In this document: positions 37,001-37,919 of the stretch, one piece after another | Position numbering within the stretch: the stretch's first letter is position 1 | Layout of the letters: each line of letters starts with the position of its first letter | Source of the DNA: Desulfobacterales bacterium | GTDB taxonomy: Bacteria; Desulfobacterota; Desulfobulbia; Desulfobulbales; BM004 | Direction: 5' to 3' | DNA: 37,919 nucleotides | Assembly (NCBI GenBank): GCA_012974315.1 | Contig: JAAXQI010000216.1 | Location: 1-37,919 of the forward strand | Position numbers and translations under genes: made by a program | Notes under the pieces: model-generated | Told to the model about the DNA's origin: nothing | Databases searched by the model: none | What the model saw: the letters and a program-made list of their open reading frames with translations, nothing else

Positions 37001-37876
37001 GGCTGCCATATCATCCATACCAGTTAACATTTCTGGAATTCGTGTTTTTTTATAAATGTTTCGTTTGAGTCCATTTGAGTTAAGCATGTCCTGGCTAACG
37101 TCACTGCGGGCAGAGCCCCATGCCGTACAGACAGTTCTGTAAGCTTCAACAAATTCAACTTCGTTTTCCGAGAGATGATCACAGCCCTCTTTAAGCTCAA
37201 TAGCAGGGATGAATTGCAATGACGGCCTGGGGAGGAAAGGGGCGAGAAAGTCAAGCAGCACATCGGGGTTAAGTTTATCGCTTCCATATTCAGTAAAGAG
37301 GTTTGATCTCCGGTAGAAATTCCGGCGCCAGAAATCTTCGATAATCTCCTGTATGAGATACGACTGGTCAGCTACAAGTTCTGTATCAAAAAGGGTGTTG
37401 CTCTCAAAGCTGTTTTCAAGAAGCATCCGCTGGCAGAAGCTGTGAATGGTGAAGATGGCAGCCTCGTCATAATATTCAACCTCACGGCTGTGAATGGACA
37501 CTGCCATGGCCAGGATACCGTATAAAGTCGCCTCCTTGGCCGCTGCAACCGTTCCGGAATAATTTAAATTGGCGCCCACATTGGCCCCGGGATTAATCCC
37601 GGCAACCACCACGTCCGGTCGGGTGGGAAGTATTTCCAGTATCGCCAGTTTAATGCAATCAGCCGGAGTTCCGTTTACAGCATACCCGTTGTATCCGCCA
37701 TTTAACGAAATTTTGGTTGCTCGCAGCGGTTGATTCAAGGTGATAGCATGCCCGATGGCACTGCGTTCGCGATCCGGGGCGACAACAGTCACTCGGTGGT
37801 TTTTGGCAAAGCTTTTGTAAAGCGCCCACAGCCCCTGGGCATAGATGCCGTCATCATTGGTCAAAAGTACGTTCAT
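34061..37876 (-). CDS. recB: Chimeric ORF: RecB (exodeoxyribonuclease V beta subunit) lacking its N-terminal P-loop segment, fused in frame to the N-terminal ~130 aa of SurE
   Basis: From DEAAIFTIHSFCQRMLLENSFES onward, the ORF is collinear with E. coli RecB as I recall it (MDEAAVFTIHGFCQRMLNLNAFES). DEFQDTDP, GDPKQAIYSFRGAD, VTIHKAKGLEY and the C-terminal nuclease GFIDLVF...DWKSN all follow in order. No GxGKT Walker A exists anywhere upstream. The tracked ORF starts at TTG 37909, and ATG 37876 is the SurE-type start. Confidence 0.85.
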   Translation of the reverse strand: MNVLLTNDDGIYAQGLWALYKSFAKNHRVTVVAPDRERSAIGHAITLNQPLRATKISLNGGYNGYAVNGTPADCIKLAILEILPTRPDVVVAGINPGANVGANLNYSGTVAAAKEATLYGILAMAVSIHSREVEYYDEAAIFTIHSFCQRMLLENSFESNTLFDTELVADQSYLIQEIIEDFWRRNFYRRSNLFTEYGSDKLNPDVLLDFLAPFLPRPSLQFIPAIELKEGCDHLSENEVEFVEAYRTVCTAWGSARSDVSQDMLNSNGLKRNIYKKTRIPEMLTGMDDMAASCRPSLYLFDAFAYFTSSKISAATKLNETPNILPFYEICENLLQIQSNLSSQYDRCLLAIKKKLTDNFYHEFDLRKKRDNIFSFDDLLRRLHEAFSGPGGPDFARAVAQKYPAVLIDEFQDTDPLQFEIFSAIYKKQSLLFLIGDPKQAIYSFRGADIFTYMDAAASRLVSHYTLGVNHRSIPELVTAANTLFGRSQKPFIFDAISFQPVSSAPKIQPECLTIDGQQEAPFILWHLDNSPVKEETVRSANKKTVHLTKTTARRTIITAVASEVTRLLTLAAENRACINGEKLHPGDIAILVRKNDEARKMQQALTKCQVPSVLHSGDNLFTSDEAREIALLLEAVAAPHDIRKVKTGLLTRLIGLQANDIELSSSATEGVIEHWLTRFKAYHALWNRYGFIQMFWTIMAENRIRAKILGFENGERSLTNILHLAEILHQEACEQGMNMTALLGYLHDRLAGDQAKTTEQQLRLESDADRVKIVTIHKAKGLEYSVVFCPFTWEGSRLPPGKGCIFHQQKKTDNRTELIFDGGSPELETHLQLAMQEEMAENLRLLYVAVTRAIHRCYLVWGQIKGAESSAPAYLLHQGVAETAVPQQADTALKADNDLIQKTAARFLKLSDNNFLADLKELAEDSEGTIRLSSVFEKVGTYPFQTENESIPLNPRSFTGTIASDWKISSFSALATYKSAAEQFTSDIQEVIPGQDDFSAIQKPDEEQNHQFHGEVKHDIFSFPHGAEAGTMLHELLEQVDFGAVNQTATDKIIYEKLLSFGYDPAWHPAIVEMLINLSKVVLHKNIPDLTLSSISSNNCLHELEFYFPLSRITPESLKTVFSQHSMKNTSSMTGSLMEQQLDRLTFSPARGFMKGFIDLVFEFQGKFYLVDWKSNYLGSHVENYHNDRLTDAIYSGFYFLQYHLYCIALHLYLKNRLPEYRYETHFGGAFYIFLRGVDQNQGPGHSIFYDLPDPSMIENFTETLLAKSS
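37469..37876 (-). pseudogene. surE: 5' half of surE (5'/3'-nucleotidase SurE), truncated at the junction with recB
   Basis: MNVLLTNDDGIYAQGL...VTVVAPDRERSAIGH...NGTPADC...VVAGINPGANVGANLNYSGTVAAAKEA...AMAVS follows the SurE family N-terminal half motif by motif. The C-terminal half of SurE is missing. Confidence 0.8.
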
Positions 37877-37919
37877 ATCAACACCGGGGTTGAGCGGTTC
37901 AGGGTTCAAGGTTCCAGGT

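Noticed and set aside
1-37919. Scan for CRISPR arrays, rRNA or tRNA genes, transposases or integrases, toxin-antitoxin pairs and known defence-system genes
   Set aside because: I found none. Every ORF of 100 aa or more that is not an antisense shadow has a housekeeping-type assignment. The only repeats are the short elements listed above.

Overview
The window reads as one contig from an Illumina/Nextera assembly, because bases 1-19 are the synthetic Tn5 mosaic-end adapter. The source is probably an anaerobic, selenocysteine-using Gram-negative bacterium, most plausibly Desulfobacterota. That placement is inferred from gene content: SelB, a desulforedoxin-like gene, a monocluster ferredoxin, LpxI-type lipid A genes and a long-form HflX.

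Content is almost entirely tightly packed housekeeping.
- 56-8862 (minus strand): a cell-envelope amino-sugar block, glmS / UDP-GlcNAc-type dehydrogenase / DUF1343 (NamZ-like) / lpxD / fabZ remnant / lpxA / lpxI / MurU-like nucleotidyltransferase.
- 9185-10753: pyrE, an untracked 56-aa dual-CXXC ORF, a ferredoxin and dgkA.
- 10761-15918 (minus strand): an mrp / MBL-hydrolase / selB / hflX operon.
- 16334-19686: hsp20, lon and a small Cys-rich protein.
- 19726-20980 (minus strand): a DUF2156 gene plus an 84-aa ORF.
- 21223-28143 (plus strand): ispH fused to a UbiA-like membrane domain, ftsY, a djlA-like gene, an aminotransferase and a broken GT39/TPR gene.
- 28178-31295 (minus strand): a cdaA-cdaR-glmM operon.
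- 31556-37909: a nitroreductase, recD and a recB ORF whose 5' end is replaced in frame by the 5' half of surE.

I found no rRNA, tRNA, CRISPR array, transposase, integrase or recognisable defence or toxin system, and I cannot point to a convincing multi-gene novel system.

The items most worth a second look:
- the IspH-UbiA-like fusion
- the SurE::RecB chimeric ORF
- deletion or frameshift lesions in fabZ and the GT39 gene, which are either real gene decay or assembly error
- a desulforedoxin motif split by a second metal-knuckle insert
- several structured or repeat elements in intergenic DNA

All homology calls come from reading the translations and from remembered family motifs. No searches were run.
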